Notes under the pieces: generated by a model
What the model saw: only the letters and a program-made list of their open reading frames with translations
What the model was told of the DNA's origin: nothing
Database searches by the model: none
Position numbers and translations under genes: made by a program
Shown here: piece after piece, positions 56,838 through 58,554 of the stretch
Position numbering within the stretch: position 1 is the first letter of the stretch
How the letters are laid out: every line of letters starts with the position of its first letter
Sequence record: SRR31156797_4653
Length of the DNA stretch: 58,554 bases
Reading direction: 5' to 3' (one strand)

Positions 56838-58307
56838 TTACTGCATCGGCTTACCGCGCATCCCGGCGCGCCCGTGCCCTTCAGGAACGCAAAATGTCTG
56901 CTCACCACGATTCATGCATAGCCCGGAAAGCTTGCCATGTGGCGTTTCAACAGTGCATTCATCGTCTTGAGATTTACCCTCGCAGGCGGTGAAAGCTTCT
57001 TTGGGCGGACCTTGGCGGTTGCTGGGGCCACGGCCTTGTCCCATGCCGGAATTTCGGCCTTGATTTTTACCCATTCCATCTGAGAAAGAATTAGGGGAAC
57101 CGCCTTTCCAAGTGGGAATTTTGGTGTAGGGCGGATTGTATGGTTGAACTCCGCCACCAGCTACACAACGTACGTAGTTATAGATGCGGATATCGTCGCC
57201 TTGCGGACCGCGTCCATTGGGGAAGGCATCCGGGTTGCCTGATTTAGGATCACTGCGCTGCGCTCCGGCTCCATGGACGTCCATCCATTTTTTACTGCTG
57301 CTGTGTGGAGGCGCGAAGTAGCCCAAGGCTCGCCCGAAAGCGACGTAGGAGGCATGGGACGGTTTGGGACCGTCCATATGGGTGGTGGATGACCAGTAGT
57401 AGGATTCCTTGTTTGTGACCTTGAAGATAGGGTTAATGGCTGCGGAATTGCTGGTTTTAGGGCTGCGGGAGTAATCGATGATGGATTGCAGCTCCTTCAC
57501 ATTGGGTAGCCGCCAGTCGCTACGTCCTGCATAATTCAGGTTTTCACAATAGCTCAGGGCTTCTTCCCAGTTCAGTTTCTTGCGGCTGTCAGTTTGTTGC
57601 CAGATCAATTCGGTGGCTTTGTCTTCAACAGTGCCGTCCTTGCGGTCTACGTATTCGTTTTTTCCGTAATTCGGGTTGCTGCGCACGTAACGTACATATT
57701 TACTTTTGCGTCCACGGGGATCTTTTTTACCGTAGCCTTTGATACGTCCATCTGCGAAGTTAACTCCGAAGGCTGTTGGATTGCCACCCATAGTTGTACT
57801 TACGTAGGTAGTGGATGACCAGTCCTGACAGTCGATGATGCGTTCACCCTTTGAGGTGTCACCGAATTTGAAATCAAAATAGTCAGTATTGATGAAGGGG
57901 ACGGAGTTTTTTTCCGATCCCTGCACCCAGCCGTTGAAATCAATGAGCGAGTATAGTTCTTTGATATTAGGGGCGCGCCAGTCTAAATATCCACCCACCC
58001 GGCAGTTTTCAGCTTCGTCCATGGCCTGTTGCCAAGTTACAGCTGGCCCGCGTTCCTTGACCCACATCAATCCGGTTACGAGATCAGAGATTGTGCCGTC
58101 TTTGTTGTCTTTGTAGCGCGGTTGATTACCTTTATATTGCGCATCCTGCCCATAGAAAACATTTCCTTTGTCCGGGCAATGAATTTGTCGGGAGTTGTTG
58201 AAGCAGGCTTGCTGGCCGCTGTCTACTATTGGGTAATTACCAGCCCATGCAGATGTTGAATTAATAAATAAGGCTGTGAGAAGAATTAGTAGGTAATATT
58301 GTTTCAT
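56838..58307 (-). CDS. Secreted DUF1566 (Lcl C-terminal) repeat protein
   Basis: Signal peptide; two D..TGLMW...DWRxPNxKEL.S..D units; Gly-rich linker and C-terminal four-Cys module. Confidence 0.88.
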   Translation of the reverse strand: MKQYYLLILLTALFINSTSAWAGNYPIVDSGQQACFNNSRQIHCPDKGNVFYGQDAQYKGNQPRYKDNKDGTISDLVTGLMWVKERGPAVTWQQAMDEAENCRVGGYLDWRAPNIKELYSLIDFNGWVQGSEKNSVPFINTDYFDFKFGDTSKGERIIDCQDWSSTTYVSTTMGGNPTAFGVNFADGRIKGYGKKDPRGRKSKYVRYVRSNPNYGKNEYVDRKDGTVEDKATELIWQQTDSRKKLNWEEALSYCENLNYAGRSDWRLPNVKELQSIIDYSRSPKTSNSAAINPIFKVTNKESYYWSSTTHMDGPKPSHASYVAFGRALGYFAPPHSSSKKWMDVHGAGAQRSDPKSGNPDAFPNGRGPQGDDIRIYNYVRCVAGGGVQPYNPPYTKIPTWKGGSPNSFSDGMGKNQGRNSGMGQGRGPSNRQGPPKEAFTACEGKSQDDECTVETPHGKLSGLCMNRGEQTFCVPEGHGRAGMRGKPMQ

Positions 58308-58393
58308 TTAAGCTCCTGTTTTTTGCATTCAGTAAAGCATGAACTGAGTTTTTCATCCAGAGTATAGAGGATTTCTTTACAAATCTTAAATAA

Positions 58394-58426
58394 AAAGCCC
58401 GCTTGTCGGTATGACAAACGGGCTTT
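58394..58426 (-). terminator. Intrinsic terminator
   Basis: AAAGCCCG-TTGTC/GACAA-CGGGCTTT, with an A run on the left (T run on the minus strand). Confidence 0.7.
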
Positions 58427-58446
58427 GGTTTGTTTTTAAACGTTGT

Positions 58447-58554
58447 CTAGGCGTAGAAGATAGTCGCGGCAACCATGCAAAGCAGGTAGAGACCGCCGAA
58501 GATTGCTCCCAAAGCCCACCAGCGGGCCTGACTGATGAAGCCTGAGCCGTACCA
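58447..58554 (-). CDS. 3' end of a DASS family anion permease (runs off window end)
   Basis: WYGSGFISQARWWALGAIFGGLYLL...*, the typical DASS C-terminal 'YGSGY....WW..G' segment. Confidence 0.65.
   Translation of the reverse strand, partial: WYGSGFISQARWWALGAIFGGLYLLCMVAATIFYA

Noticed and set aside
1-58554. CRISPR arrays, tRNA/rRNA genes, IS elements, integrases, prophage or defence systems
   Set aside because: No regularly spaced repeats, recognisable RNA gene sequences, or transposase/integrase/phage motifs found by eye; a covariance-model scan would be needed to exclude small RNAs in the longer intergenic gaps such as 23680-24070

Overview
Chromosomal window from a sulfate-reducing deltaproteobacterium; gene content and style suggest Desulfovibrionaceae, probably Maridesulfovibrio-like (inference). 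From left to right it holds: a yaaA fragment; an orphan DUF2235 hydrolase; a DctB/DctD pair with a sigma54-driven DASS transporter; a TetR-controlled redox cluster (nitroreductase, old yellow enzyme, Sec-peroxiredoxin-like protein) ending in a unit collapsed by three apparent deletions; a large S8 protease; a ~20 kb glycan-modification island with three sigma54 promoter motifs; signalling genes; a redox/molybdenum cluster; an efflux triplet; and metabolic genes. One arm of the glycan island is HldE-like + GmhA-like + two paralogous radical SAM enzymes + methyltransferase + TIGR04372-like glycosyltransferase. The other arm is a nonulosonic-acid/amino-sugar pathway. The main signal hidden from the ORF track is four selenoprotein genes with five in-frame UGA codons, each followed by a short hairpin whose loop starts with GG 18-21 nt after the UGA. 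One of these, a 70-aa two-Sec 'UXX-star' glutaredoxin-like gene (14906-15118), is absent from the track. The best candidate for undescribed biochemistry is the tandem radical SAM/heptose module. No rRNA, tRNA, CRISPR array or intact mobile element was seen. All family assignments come from motif recognition, not database searches.
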